DNA from: Octopus sinensis
Taxonomy: Eukaryota
Direction of reading: 5' to 3'
Length of the DNA stretch: 64,000 bases
Assembly: GCF_006345805.1 (NCBI RefSeq)
Contig: NC_043011.1
Coordinates: 57,672,464 to 57,736,463, forward strand
Numbering within the stretch: the first letter of the stretch is position 1; every line of letters starts with the position of its first letter. This document shows positions 40,571-53,563 of this stretch, in pieces. Below the pieces are notes generated by a model that was given only the letters and a program-made list of their open reading frames with translations, searched no databases and had not been told where the DNA came from. A program made the position numbers and the translations under genes.

Positions 40571-41568
40571 GATATATAAAATTAAGATTTCATACTTTTT
40601 CATCTTGTCCAACACCGCGATGAAGAAAAATGATTTAAATAGCATGGATGCATACTTTGTTTCCTTTCATTAATAAAGTTGGAGGCGAGGTGACGTAAAA
40701 CATTTTCACCTATATTTGATGGGGAGAGTGGCATCTTTCGGCTTATGGATCACTGCCTCTTTAGTTCATAATACATCAAGTTCGCTTTGGTGGAGGTGAT
40801 TGGCTTCTTAGTGGATAAAATTAATAGCAAGCTATTTCAATTCCAGGAGAATATGTAGAAAGAAGAGATATAGTTCTGCTTCATTTCTGGGTTATCATTT
40901 AATGTGTTTTCTTGTATGTATACAGCTGCGATACTATTCTATATATGTGACCAGTAGCCTAGAGTTGGCCGCAGATGTTTATACTGCTTCATAAACCGAT
41001 AAGGTCTAGCTTTGAAAGGGAATCTAATTTGTGCGCCAATACTATATTCATAAGAAATCATCAGAGATTGTGAAATATAAATTTCGTGGCATTTACCCAA
41101 GATTCAGTTGTCTTATTCGTGTATATAGTTTTAATATGATTTAGTCAGTAGATCAAAAGCAGCGTCTGCACACTTCGTTACAACCTCTGAGATTGGAGAG
41201 AGTACGATGCAAAGAAATTCTGAGCGAGTCTGAACACTAACAACGGAGTCGAAATCCCTTAAGACTATTCAAGGGCCAGATACAGAGTTAAACCTGATAG
41301 ATTTAGTTTAGCAGACGAAATAAAGTGCACACCAAGCTTGTTGTATGTAATAAAAGTTTGCATTGGTGCTGTAGGGTCTGATTAACTTGCCGAAGCTCAG
41401 TGGAGTGAGCTGTCGCTGTCTCTAAACGTGGACATAGTGACTGAAGCCTAGCAAATCTAAAATCTAAATGGACATGCTTATAATGGCTGTGTGGTAAGAG
41501 TTTGTTCTCCTGGATTCTGTCCCACTACCGACCAAAGCCTTGTGAGTGGATTTGGTAACAAGCCCGTC

Positions 41569-41617
<49 letters not shown>

Positions 41618-41653
41618 GTATGTATGTATGTATGTATGTGTATATATATATAA

Positions 41654-41696
<43 letters not shown>

Positions 41697-41747
41697 TATA
41701 AATGTATGTATGTATGCATGTATGTGTGTATATATATATATATATAA

Positions 41748-41800
<53 letters not shown>

Positions 41801-41810
41801 TACAAATATA

Positions 41811-41842
<32 letters not shown>

Positions 41843-42138
41843 TACATTTGAATCCTTTTAGTGCGCAAAAGCTGAGTTGTCTGCATTCGTCCACTGTAGA
41901 TTTTATGGTGAGAAGACACGTGAGCACAAACGCCTCCTTGTTGGCGGTGACGCGTAACTTCCCGTATATATGCCACAGGTCTGAATGAGGCTGTTAGGCG
42001 TGAATTTTTGGGAGGTTGACACGTCGGTAAGGTTGAACGGACATACAGCTTTTTGGGGTCATCGAACACTTTCTTTGGCTCTTGAAGCAAACACACACTC
42101 GTGCACACGCAGAAGTAGACACTGAAAGATAGAAAGAA

Positions 42139-42144
<6 letters not shown>

Positions 42145-42211
<67 letters not shown>

Positions 42212-42250
42212 GATAGATAGATACATAGAGAGAGAGAGAGGAGAGAGAGA
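42145..42250. repeat. (GA)n microsatellite; (CT)n at about 57530-57590
   Basis: Direct inspection. Confidence 0.95.
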
Positions 42251-42369
42251 GATTACGATTCAGTAATTGAAAACGGTTGACGTAAACAATTTCGCCTCTC
42301 CTCATTCGCGTAAATAAGAACTTCTCACGCATATGAATAAAGCGAAAGAAAAGAGAGAAAGAGAGAAAC

Positions 42370-42521
42370 ATCCGACGTCAAAATAATTCAGTCTCCATTC
42401 AGTGACGCTCAAATAGGCGGCGCCAAAACGGCTGTGCCACAGCGTCTCACACACGTTATAGGCAGTTGTTCAAAGTAATATTACCTGCGATGCAGCTGCG
42501 AGGGAATTTCTTGTTGTGAGT
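42370..42521 (+). promoter_or_regulatory. Possible promoter and non-coding first exon
   Basis: Follows a (GA)n tract; gacgtca 42374, Inr-like tcagtc 42388, tgacgc 42403, E2F-like ggcgccaaaa 42419, donor gtgagt 42516; locally CpG-rich. Confidence 0.2.
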
Positions 42522-43386
42522 CTGCATCCATGCGGTAGATTAACTCTAACTGAAACGAACAATGAGATCAGACATTCCACCCATGAACCTCTCATCTAAT
42601 TGTAAAGACGTAATGCATCATGTAAACATATTAACAAACAGGATTGACTTTATTATATATTTATTTTTTTAATATTTAAACATTCGAGTTGAGAGAGAGA
42701 GAAACGGTTGCTTCTCTTTTAGATTGAGAGACGGATAGCATTTATATTTTTACAATGATTTCTTGTGGTCAGGCGGTGAGGCTTGAGAGAGGATGACGGG
42801 TGTGGAAGCCATTTCTGGAATGTTGCAGTATTGCAAGACTATTGCCTGTTTAGTGTGGGTCAGAGGTAAACTGCTTTTACTGCCAAGTGTAGTATCAAAT
42901 AATTCAATTTCTCCAATTCCTTTGCCAGCATTGTTTAGCTTAATTACGTTATAACACTGTATCTCTTCTTACATACAATAACGACGCTTACAGCAATTTA
43001 ACCGGTTTTATTCTCTGCTTCTGTTTCCTACATATTTAGGTGGGTGTATATGCGTGTATATATGTTTCTGCATACATAACTTCGTGTACCACAGTGAACG
43101 CAGGTCTTTGTGCATGTGTGTGCGTGTGTGTGTGTGTGTGCGTGTGTGTGTGTGTTTGTGTGTGTGTGTCTGTGCGCGCATATAAACATATAAATATACA
43201 TTTGCTCATGGAAGGTGTAATATTTTCTCAGTCCTGCTTACAGAGGAAAGCTCCATATTCTATTATCAATTACACATACATACACACACCCAGAAACACA
43301 CACACATACGCAAACACGTACATATGTACGAATACACACCCACACCCACACGCCCACACTCGTATATAGCTGCTTATGTATGTATG

Positions 43387-43422
<36 letters not shown>

Positions 43423-43664
43423 ATATGTATTCTCTACTATAGAAACAACTCCTGAGATTTAGGCGGGGCTGGGAGTTATTTTCTACATATTACATCGACG
43501 CCCCCCCCCCAGCTCCCAATACACGACTAGTAAGTATTTTATCGATCCGAAGGGATGAAAGTAAAGTCGGCCTCAGCACGAAAAACCGGAATAAATGCTG
43601 TTAAGCATTTTGTCCGGTGTGTTAACGATTCTGACACTTTGCTGCCTTTGCAGATGCGTATGAG

Positions 43665-43835
43665 GAATTATATACATTATTTACATTATTTACATTATTT
43701 ACATTTGACGGATATTTGTCATCTTGTTTGTTGTTAACAACGTTTCGGCTGATATACTCTCCAGCCTTCATCAGGTGTCTTGGGGGAAATTTCGAACCTG
43801 GGTTCTCATTCCTAAGGTATTTTTCGATGATATCA
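43665..43835 (-). mobile_element. Penelope-like tail fragment (family P3) with canonical hammerhead core
   Basis: - strand CTGATGA-A-GGCTG-loop-CAGCC-GAAAC-GTT, followed by (aataatgta)n repeats. Confidence 0.6.
43736..43779 (-). ncRNA. Minimal hammerhead motif with canonical CUGAUGA/GAAA core
   Basis: AC-CUGAUGA-A-GGCUG-GAGAGUAUAU-CAGCC-GAAA-C-GUU-GU; stem I only 2 bp in this copy. Confidence 0.5.
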
Positions 43836-43837
43836 TT

Positions 43838-43910
<73 letters not shown>

Positions 43911-43911
<1 letters not shown>

Positions 43912-44120
43912 GGTGATGAGCTGGCAAAAACCATAGCACGCTGGACGAAATGCTTAGCGTTATTTCGTCTGCCGCTACGTTCTGAGTTCAAATTCCGCCG
44001 AGGTCGACTTTGTCTTTCATCCTTTCGGGGGTCGATAAATTAAGTACCAGAGAGTACTGGGGTCGATGTAATCAACTACACCCTACCCCAAAATTTCAGG
44101 CGTTGTGCCTCTAGATGAAA
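43911..44120 (+). mobile_element. SINE family A (alternative tail); duplicated at 45266-45480
   Basis: Family A head and body, tail ccccaaaatttcaggcgttgtgcctctagatgaaag. Confidence 0.85.
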
Positions 44121-44139
44121 GTATTATTATTAGTATCAT

Positions 44140-45065
44140 TTGATGAAAACTCGCAGCTCATTTTACTGGTATGATGGAAAGTGTCAGCTGTCGACAGCCC
44201 GAAGACTAAGGTGACACTTGTTTACTGGTCATTCTTCAAGAACCCAGCGAAGAATTCCTGCAGTTCCAAGCAATGCTGATTTTTGTAGGTGTTCTATTTT
44301 ACCAATCTTTTTGAGCCATGATGGTAGCTTGAGTACTGATACTTCCAAGAAGGCGCGTGGCTTAGTGGTTAGGGCATTCGGCTCATGATCGTAAGGTTGT
44401 GAGTTCGATTCCCGGCGACGCGTTGTGTCCTTGAGCAAGACACTTTATTTCACGTTGCTCCAGTCCACTCAGCTGGCAAAAATGAGTTGTACTTGTATTT
44501 CAATGGGTCAGCCTTGTCACTCTCTGTGTCACGCTGATTATCCCCGAGAACTACGTTAAGGGTACACGTGTCTGTGGAATGCTCAGCCATTTGCACGTTA
44601 ATTTCACGAGCAAGCTGTTCCGTTGATCGTATCAGCTGGGACCCTCGTCGTCGTAACCGGCGGAGTCTTTCACTTCCAAGAACACCAGTTACTATTGGTA
44701 TCACTTCAACTCTCTTCACTGACCACAATCTTCGTATTTCCCACTTCAAATCGTCATAGCTGTTTAATTTTTCCTCTTCTTTCTTGATCTTCACCAGGAC
44801 ATGCTATGTCGATTATCATGCATGATCTTATGCTTTTATCCACCTCAACAATGTCCGGTTTCCGGTGTTTGGTCAGGTGATCACACTGAATCCTTTGATC
44901 TCACATGATTTTGCAATCTCGGTGACTTCTGGAGTTTGCTCCAACCACGCCATTGCTCTTTGTGGTCCCTGATTTCCATAGAGCTCCCTATGGATCAGTC
45001 TTGCTACATGCCTTCTTTTGTCATGTCTTTTGTTATCGCGTTGTGCTAATTTCGGGCATTACTTG
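44140..45065 (-). mobile_element. Decayed R4/Dong-type LINE 3' fragment (second subfamily) interrupted by a SINE; copy 1
   Basis: - strand reads CPKLAQRDNKRHD, then KPDIVEVDK...IIDIACP...EEEKLNSYDDLKWEIRRLW...IPIVTGVLG, then after the SINE QKSALLGTAGILRWVL*. Confidence 0.8.
44352..44671 (+). mobile_element. tRNA-derived SINE (family C) with 11-bp TSD
   Basis: A box tggcttagtgg, B box gagttcgattccc, central gtgtccttgagcaagacactt. TSD acttccaagaa at 44341-44351 and 44672-44682. Confidence 0.9.
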
Positions 45066-45106
45066 TATTATTATCATCATCATCATCATTATTATTATTA
45101 TTATTA

Positions 45107-45148
<42 letters not shown>

Positions 45149-45211
45149 TATTTATTACTATTATTATTATTATTGTTATTATTTTATTATTATCATCAAT
45201 CATCATCATCA

Positions 45212-45266
<55 letters not shown>

Positions 45267-45494
45267 GGTGATGAGCTGGCAAAAACCATAGCACGCTGGA
45301 CGAAATGCTTAGCGTTATTTCGTCTGCCGCTACGTTCTGAGTTCAAATTCCGCCGAGGTCGACTTTGTCTTTCATCCTTTCGGGGGTCGATAAATTAAGT
45401 ACCAGAGAGTACTGGGGTCGATGTAATCAACTTCACCCTACCCCAAAATTTCAGGCGTTGTGCCTCTAGATGAAAGTATTATTATTAGTATCAT

Positions 45495-46420
45495 TTGATG
45501 AAAACTCGCAGCTCATTTTACTGGTATGATGGAAAGTGTCAGCTGTCGACAGCCCGAAGACTAAGGTGACACTTGTTTACTGGTCATTCTTCAAGAACCC
45601 AGCGAAGAATTCCTGCAGTTCCAAACAATTCTGATTTTTGTAGGTGTTCTATTTTACCAATCTTTTTGAGCCATGATGGTAGCTTGAGTACTGATACTTC
45701 CAAGAAGGCGCGTGGCTTAGTGGTTAGGGCATTCGGCTCATGATCGTAAGGTGTGAGTTCGATTCCCGGCGACGCGTTGTGTCCTTGAGCAAGGACACTT
45801 TATTTCACGTTGCTCCAGTCCACTCAGCTGGCAAAAATGAGTTGTACTTGTATTTCAATGGGTCAGCCTTGTCACTCTCTGTGTCACGCTGATTATCCCC
45901 GAGAACTACGTTAAGGGTACACGTGTCTGTGGAATGCTCAGCCATTTGCACGTTAATTTCACGAGCAAGCTGTTCCGTTGATCGTATCAGCTGGGACCCT
46001 CGTCGTCGTAACCGGCGGAGTCTTTCACTTCCAAGAACACCAGTTACTATTGGTATCACTTCAACTCTCTTCACTGACCACAATCTTCGTATTTCCCACT
46101 TCAAATCGTCATAGCTGTTTAATTTTTCCTCTTCTTTCTTGATCTCACCAGGACATGCTATGTCGATTATCATGCATGATCTTATGCTTTTATCCACCTC
46201 AACAATGTCCGGTTTCCGGTGTTTGGTCAGGTGATCACACTGAATCCTTTGATCTCAATGATTTTGCAATCTCGGTGACTTCTGGAGTTTGCTCCAACCA
46301 CGCCATTGCTCTTTGTCGTCCTGATTTCCATAGAGCTCCCTATGGATCAGTCTTCTTGCTACATGCCTTCTTTTGTCATGTCTTTTGTTATCGCGTTGTG
46401 CTAATTTCGGGCATTACTTG
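45495..46420 (-). mobile_element. Decayed R4/Dong-type LINE 3' fragment interrupted by a SINE; duplicate copy 2
   Basis: Near-identical to 44140-45065 at an offset of about 1355 bp. Confidence 0.8.
45708..46026 (+). mobile_element. tRNA-derived SINE (family C), duplicated copy
   Basis: Duplicate of 44352-44671 with the same TSD. Confidence 0.88.
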
Positions 46421-46463
46421 TATTATCATCATCATCATATTATTATTATTATTATATTATTAG

Positions 46464-46505
<42 letters not shown>

Positions 46506-47356
46506 GTTATTATTATTATTACTATTATTATACTATTATTATTATTATTGTTATTATTATTATTATTATTATCATCATCATCATCATCATCATCATTATT
46601 ATTATTATTATTATTATTGTTATTATTATTATTATTATCATCATCATCATCATCCTTATTATTATTATTATTATTATCGTCGTCGTCGTCGTCATCATCA
46701 TCATCTTGATTGATGATTGCTGTGATCGTATAAAATAATAATTATTATAGTAAAGTGAATAAGAGTACTGCTGATGATGATGATGAAGACAGAAACTGAT
46801 AATGTTGATGGCAACGACGAGGAGGAGGAGGAGGAAGGGAAGGACGACGATGACGATGACAGTAGCGGTGCAGGTGTAACAGAGATGAAAGATGGGAGAG
46901 GCTGACATTAAATCGAATGCCTTATGTAAATCACGACAAGCATATCTGCCGCTAATGAAATCAATCTGTTTGGACGGAAATTAATATTGAAACGCTAGCA
47001 ATGTTAACACAAAGCCTGCCATTTAGCTTAATAAGGATAATAATAATTAGTGTTTTTGGTGCACTTGCGTCACGAATGAGGATTCACAGCCGAGTGATGT
47101 TACCTGCTGAGCGTTAATAGATTCGCCTATAAATGTCTCCAATTTCTCTCACCTTTCAGGATATTTTTTTTTTTTTCATCGGGCCCCGATAATCACAAAA
47201 TCGTTGTTCTGTTTCTGGAGCGTATACGTCACTGAAATCACATCATTCCTCTCGAAGAAGTCGCCGGTCCATTGCATGTCTCAAAACAATTGGGTGAGGG
47301 GTGGGGACTCGATAACATTGACCCCCCCCCCCAGAGGTCAGCTCGTAATTTATTCT

Positions 47357-47777
47357 CTCTTTACTCTTTTACTCTTTTACTTGTTTCAGTCATTTGACTG
47401 CGGCCATACTGGAACACCGCCTTTTAGTCGAGCAAATCGATCCCCCAGGACTTATTCTTTGTAAGCCTAGTACTTATTCTATCGGTTTCTTTTGCCGAAC
47501 CGCTAAGTAACGGGGACGTAAACATACCAGCATCGGTTGTCAAGCGATGTTGGGGGGACAAACACAGACACACAAACCTATACACACACATATATATACA
47601 TATATATATATATACGACAGGCTTCTTTCAGTTTCCGTCTACCAAATCCACTCACAAGGCTTTGGTCGGCCCGAGGCTATAGTAGAAGACACTTTCCCAA
47701 GGTGCCACGCAGTGGGACTGAACCCGGACAGTGTGGTTGGTAAGCAAGCTACTTACCACACAGCCACTCCTGCGCCT
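47357..47777 (-). mobile_element. SINE family B
   Basis: Reverse-complement homolog of 14189-14590. Confidence 0.85.
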
Positions 47778-47983
47778 ATTCTGTCAACTTCCAAGAAATG
47801 GAAAGCAAATTTGACATTGACGTGATTTGAACTGTTAACGTAAAGAACCGCGAGACATACTGCTAAGCATCTGCTTCGGCGTACGGACAAGTCTGTCAGC
47901 TCGACGTCTTTTATTTTCAGCGTATAGAATCTACCATTTCTTCAAAATTGCTTTCCTCTCAAAATGAAACTCAAAGATCTTGA

Positions 47984-49550
47984 TGTTGTTGTTGTTGTTG
48001 TTAAACAACAAGACGGGTAGGGGTGATTAGATGATGGTCTAGAGCTTAGAGGCGGGAGACCCCAGACCTTGGAAAAAAGAATTTGGTCATCTTGTTGTAG
48101 TCGAGGGCTCTTCGTTGAAGTGGCCCTCGAAGTCGCTGGAAGTGGAGATCTCCAGGTCCAAATTCTTGAACGGCGAAAGATCTTGATGAGGTTTTGGTGG
48201 AATAGAAAGATGCTTATCCTGAGTTCTTTCAACCTTGTCCACCGTAATACCTCATTTGCCATAGCCACAATCTTTTGCGATTCCAAGACAAAGAAAAGCA
48301 ACAATGACGTTCCTCACGGTGGATTATTCCTACACGCGAAAAAAACTGTTCACTATGACTGCACCGGCGAAGTATATTCAGATACTAAACACGTCCGTGT
48401 AAATGGTTTCGTCTCTCTGCATACTCAACGACAATCCAGGCTGACGGCATTACCGTGCCTGTGCGAGGTCACCCAAAGGGAGTCCTGGTTTTTACCCCCA
48501 TGCTGCGACGATAGAGAAGCACTTGTTCCCGCTAATCAAAGTGATCCTGCATCTGTAAAGTTTCTTGATCAACTTTAGGGAGCCGTCCCTTGTTAAGTAA
48601 TTATCATTGAATTTCATTTCTATGCTATTGTTTACCAAGGCTGGTGTATTTTTTCCAATAATTTATTCTGCGAAGCTTAGCGTTTTGGCAATGTTTCCTT
48701 GTAATTTTCTCTCTTTCGTCTCGATTGTCACAAATAAAGAAATGAATATTCCTAACGCTGATGTCTCGATTACCAATAATGACCAAAAGAGCATGCGACC
48801 ACTAATACAAACCGCCGAAATGGAGTTTTTCCTTAGAGTCACAGAAGGAACATTATTCGACAGGGTTCGTAGCTCGGGGATCAGGCTGTGTCTCCAGATC
48901 GATTCACCACTTCGTGCAGGATCGATTCTCCAAAAAAACTATCTCGTGATCGACCAGACTATAGGATGTTGTTATACATCGCTGGCCACAATGTACTTTG
49001 CATTGTTTTAGGATTCGAATGATGCCACCCCAGTGACTGGGGGAGCAGACCAGCATTGCTCCTGATGAAGAGGCTAACTCGTCGCAGACTTACCCACTTA
49101 CAGGGGAGTGGACTCGAAGAACCTGCAATGAAGTGATTTATTCGAGAACAACTCGCAGCTGATTCCGGGTATCGCACCCACGATCTAGTACTCTGACCAC
49201 TATGCTGTCGTAAAAACTGAGTTAAAGGAAAGCGATGATACTTGGCTGGAATGGTACGATAAAAGCCATTTGAGATATTTGTTCCCAGATTAGTTGTAAA
49301 AGCGGAAGGGTAGACGGCGTTAAGGGTCGGGGTGAACAAATGTAACCACCACAGCCTCACTTAATATTGAGGTTTCTTGACCTCGACGATTTTGATTTCA
49401 AGGGATGAAATAACATCGTCTTCGGTAACATAATCTTACACCTGGATAGCTTTGACTGAGAAATAGAGGTGGATACCCTCCGAGCCACGACATCAAGCTG
49501 ATTGGAAACCAGATCACTTGTTTGTGGTACCAAGCGCGGAAGATGGTTAG
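47984..49550 (-). mobile_element. Possible highly decayed L1/Tx1-like LINE remnant (interrupted by the RTE fragment)
   Basis: GC-richer island; weak motifs RNLNIK..AVVV and IVAMANEVLRWTRLK; (AAC)n at the inferred 3' end. Not convincingly alignable by eye. Confidence 0.3.
48765..48990 (+). mobile_element. Decayed RTE (Expander/Rex3-like) fragment
   Basis: IQTAEMEFFLRVTEGTLFDRVRSSGIR resembles the RTE motif IQAAEM.FLRR..G..L.DRVRSS.IR. Confidence 0.6.
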
Positions 49551-49762
49551 CGTCGGAAGGTGACATAATCCACGCACGGTGTCGTGGCTTCTATCTCTTT
49601 GTGTAGGTGTGCTGCCTACGCACATAAACACATACACATAAACACACATACGAATATGCACGCATACGCACATATACATATACAATTACATATATTTATA
49701 TATATATATATGTTTATATGTGTGTGTATATGCATATATACAAATATATATGCATATATACG

Positions 49763-49794
<32 letters not shown>

Positions 49795-49941
49795 TATATA
49801 TATACATATATATATATACATATGCATTTATATTGTGTGTATATATATACATACATATATATAAGGTGTACGAGTGTGTGAGTAATCTCATGGCAAATAA
49901 AAGAACTACTACGACTACTACTGTTGCTGCTGTTGCTGCTT

Positions 49942-49977
<36 letters not shown>

Positions 49978-50138
49978 ATCGTCATTATCAGTTAATTATC
50001 AGTCAAAGCTGACCGTTTACATAATCAACAGACCGTCTGCCGATAAGTTATATTGCATTACACTAAATATTTGATGAAGTATTACAATATTAGTCTTTCA
50101 TTAGACTTTTCTCACAATGTGTCTTTGATTTGGCACAG

Positions 50139-50249
50139 GTGCCAGAGAGATTCCTTTACTGTTGAATTAACTCGACTGTCAAAGGTGTGATAGATCAGAG
50201 CCGCACAATGCGCTTCTACGTGCCCCCAAGAAGAGCAGTCAGTTCTGAG
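50139..50249 (+). other. Candidate 111-nt exon, possibly the first coding exon (ATG 50208, MRFYVPPRRAVSSE)
   Basis: ggcacag acceptor, GAG/gtaatt donor, ATG in cacaATG context with an upstream in-frame TGA. Confidence 0.3.
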
Positions 50250-51574
50250 GTAATTAACGTCATTCATAGATGTTATCTATTGAATTTAATAGGGCTCTAA
50301 CTAACACATACTTAAAAAATAAATCTTTGATCTGTTTGTGAGGCAACATATTATTTTTCAGATTCTCTTTTATCCTCAGCTGCCATTTTGATATTTGCTT
50401 AGCAACGTCAAAAGCTGAATGTTGACTGCTGTAATATCAAATAATGTCTATACATTTACATACATACATGTATATAATATGTATGTATATGTTTGTGTGC
50501 ATACATATACATACACATGTTTATATGATACGTGTGTGTGTGAGTATATGAAGTTCATATTTATTGAGAATTGTCGTATGTTGAATGGTATTAATGATAC
50601 GTATTCGAATTTTGATGAAGCAGACATTGGATCTGACAGACGTGATTATCTCATTTTATTCTTTGAGGACATTGTGCATCTAGGAGTACATTACACCAGC
50701 GTACCTTTCCTTCATTGTACAAGGTAGAAATCACTTTGATGTGAAGCATATGAAATTCCAAATTTACATTATGTTGTATTATTTATATTATAGGTACAAG
50801 ACCGGAATTTTGAGGGGATGGGCGAGTCGGCTACATCGGCCCCGGTGCTTGACAGGTGTTATTTACTGGGACCGAAGAAGATAAAAAAGAATGTCGACGT
50901 CGCTGGCACTTGAACTCAAAACTTAAAGACCCAGAAAAAAGGCTGCAAAGCATTTTGTCCGACGCACCAACAATTCTTCCGCCTCCTCGCCTGTCTTACG
51001 TTTTGTAATATCAAATATTGTTAATGGTATATTATTGTTCCATGTTGTTGTTGTTGTTGTTGTTGTGTAGTTCCAGACTGGTCGTGATCGAAGTAATCAA
51101 TAATTAAATGTTTTCTAGATGTGATCGCCATGTAGCACTTTTCAGACGCAATGTATCAAGGAATACGCTACCCAAGCGGCATTATTCCTCTGAAGAACAT
51201 AACATATACTGTCGATACACGCTTTAGCTCCATTTCTTGTAGGTTGGGTATCCACACAAAATTTGTTTTGATTGAAGATCGCGATTGAATTTCTATACTA
51301 AATTGCAGACATTACATTTCTTTGGCAAAAGCATGCATGTCTCCTCATCACACAACTTTCCTTTTCATATACAAATCCAATATGTCTCGTCGAGCAGGCC
51401 TTGACAACACTTATTGTGTAGCATGTTATCGGAGGATATGTACAAAACAAAAATGAAGTTTATTGGATACTATTTAGCATAACATAGCACTATTATAATA
51501 GAATGGTTGAAACAACTGGCCGAATGTGATTAGTCGTAGAGTAATCCACAGAGGGATTGAACTTGGGAAACATA

Positions 51575-51800
51575 TACGAGGAGGTGCTCAAAAGTTCCTG
51601 GCTTTAGGTGAATGAAAATGCAGGGAGGATCAGTTAATTATGCCTTTATTCAACGTATTCCCAGTTCCAATTCAGACACTTATTACAGCGGTTCTTCATT
51701 TTTTCTAAACCCTGTAAAAGAATTCAGAAGAATGGGCTTCCAATCAGACCTCTCACGATATATACCAATAAAACGAGGTACTTTTCAACCCTCCCTCGTA
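51575..51800. mobile_element. Mariner-derived MITE or deletion derivative, 226 bp
   Basis: Imperfect TIRs tacgagg...aaaagt.cct at both ends with terminal TA. Confidence 0.65.
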
Positions 51801-51841
51801 CTGGTGAAAACATGCAGAGAGATGTATACAAACCACACGCA

Positions 51842-51940
<99 letters not shown>

Positions 51941-51943
51941 AAT

Positions 51944-52004
<61 letters not shown>

Positions 52005-52007
52005 AAT

Positions 52008-52047
<40 letters not shown>

Positions 52048-52085
52048 CCTACATACATACATACATACATACATACATACATACA

Positions 52086-52118
<33 letters not shown>

Positions 52119-52189
52119 GTATATGTATGTATGCATGTATGTAAGTATGTATGTATACATGTGTGTGTGTGTGTATATATATAGTTCAA

Positions 52190-52400
52190 ATTTACAGAAA
52201 ACAAAAGACGATGACGGGTGTAGGAACAATAAACAGGTGTATTATTTTGGCGCTGTGGAAAAATGGAAAAGTCTTTGACGTTTCGAGCTTAGGTTCTTCG
52301 ACAGAAAGGATTGAGAAGGAAAAATGGAGAGAGAATGAATAAAAACGGAAGAAGGAAAAAACATGTGCCTGAGTTCAACGGTTCCACATAGCGAGATATA
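52190..52400 (-). mobile_element. Penelope-like tail fragment (family P1)
   Basis: Homolog of 352-545. Confidence 0.55.
52273..52308 (-). ncRNA. Minimal hammerhead-like motif (CUGUCGA core)
   Basis: CUUU-CUGUCGA-A-GAAC-CUAA-GCUC-GAAA-C-GUC-AAAG; one stem II mismatch. Confidence 0.5.
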
Positions 52401-52444
52401 TATACACACATGTATATATCTATGTATGTTGTATGTATGTATGC

Positions 52445-52761
52445 CACTCGGTCGGTTATGACGACGAGGGTTCCAGTTGATCCTATCAACGGGACAGCCT
52501 GTTCGTGAAATTAACGTGCAAGTGGATGAATACTCCACAGACATATGTACCCTCAAGGTAGTCCTCAAGGAAATTGAGTTTGACGCTCAATGTGACAAGG
52601 CTGACCCTTTGATATACAGGTACCACTCATCTTTGCCAGACGAGTGGACTGGAGCAACGTGAAATAAAGTGTCTTGCTCAAGGGTACAACGTGTCGCTGC
52701 GAATTGAACACACGACCTTGCGATCGGGAGCCGAACGCCCTAACCACTAAGCCACGCGCCT
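52445..52761 (-). mobile_element. tRNA-derived SINE (family C)
   Basis: Reverse-complement homolog of 44352-44671 from head (ggcgcgtggcttagtggttaggg) to tail (ccctcgtcgtcataaccgacc). Confidence 0.85.
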
Positions 52762-53563
52762 TCACGTGTATAAATAAATATATATGAAATATAGTGAAAC
52801 AGCTGATAATGAATGATTGATCATTAATTGAGTGAGATCTTTTGAGGATGACTGGCAATTGGCCAAGCATGAATGCCTCCACTTCCATGCCACAGAAGTT
52901 ACCTCAATGAAAGACTGTTCACTTGGGCTGATACTTGTTAGTACCGTGTAGTGGAAGATCATGTTTAGCCATATGTCTTCACAACATATATTTTTTCAAT
53001 ATTGCACTAAAAGACCTGTGACACATAATCGGCAAAACTTAATCAAAGCAGCAGAAACGTTAAATAAAAGATAAGAACAGACTTTCAGTCTTCTTTAACA
53101 GCGAAGTAGACTCTTCTATCAGAGCTGCTGGAATATTTCAAAGAGGAATAATTAAATAAAATGAAAATTTTAACTCTCATGATAATTTTAGACGAGAAAC
53201 TAAATTTAATAACGAATCCAAAAGATGAAAGATCCCCTACGCAAACATGAAAATATATTTTATATAAAAGAGCATCTCTGAGAAAATACGAACCCTCACA
53301 AATACATTTTATATCCAATGTGAGAGAAGACAAGGTTAACAGTGAGTGTGATAATGACGATATCATTGCTGGGTGTAAGAGTGTTGCTATTGAGAAATAT
53401 TGTACGATTAGTGTGAAAATGACAACAATTGCAGGTGTTTCTAAGCCATTTCAGAAACACACAAAAACCGTTAGATTCGCTTCAACATTTAAATTTAATT
53501 TTAACAAAATGTTTTCGGCGCTTTGAGATCGCGATTTGTTCAGCACGGTATTTTGTCAATGAA

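Larger units (their letters stand above)
43911..46420 (+). repeat. Direct tandem duplication, period about 1355 bp, bounded by (TTA/TCA)n tracts
   Basis: Units start at aggtgatgagctggc (43911 and 45266). About 1.15 kb of non-microsatellite sequence differs by roughly 4 substitutions and 6 small indels by eye. Confidence 0.95.

Noticed and set aside
44450-46197. ORFs 44450-44794 and 45805-46197 as novel fusion proteins
   Set aside because: They are LINE endonuclease sequence running into the antisense strand of an inserted SINE delimited by an 11-bp TSD.
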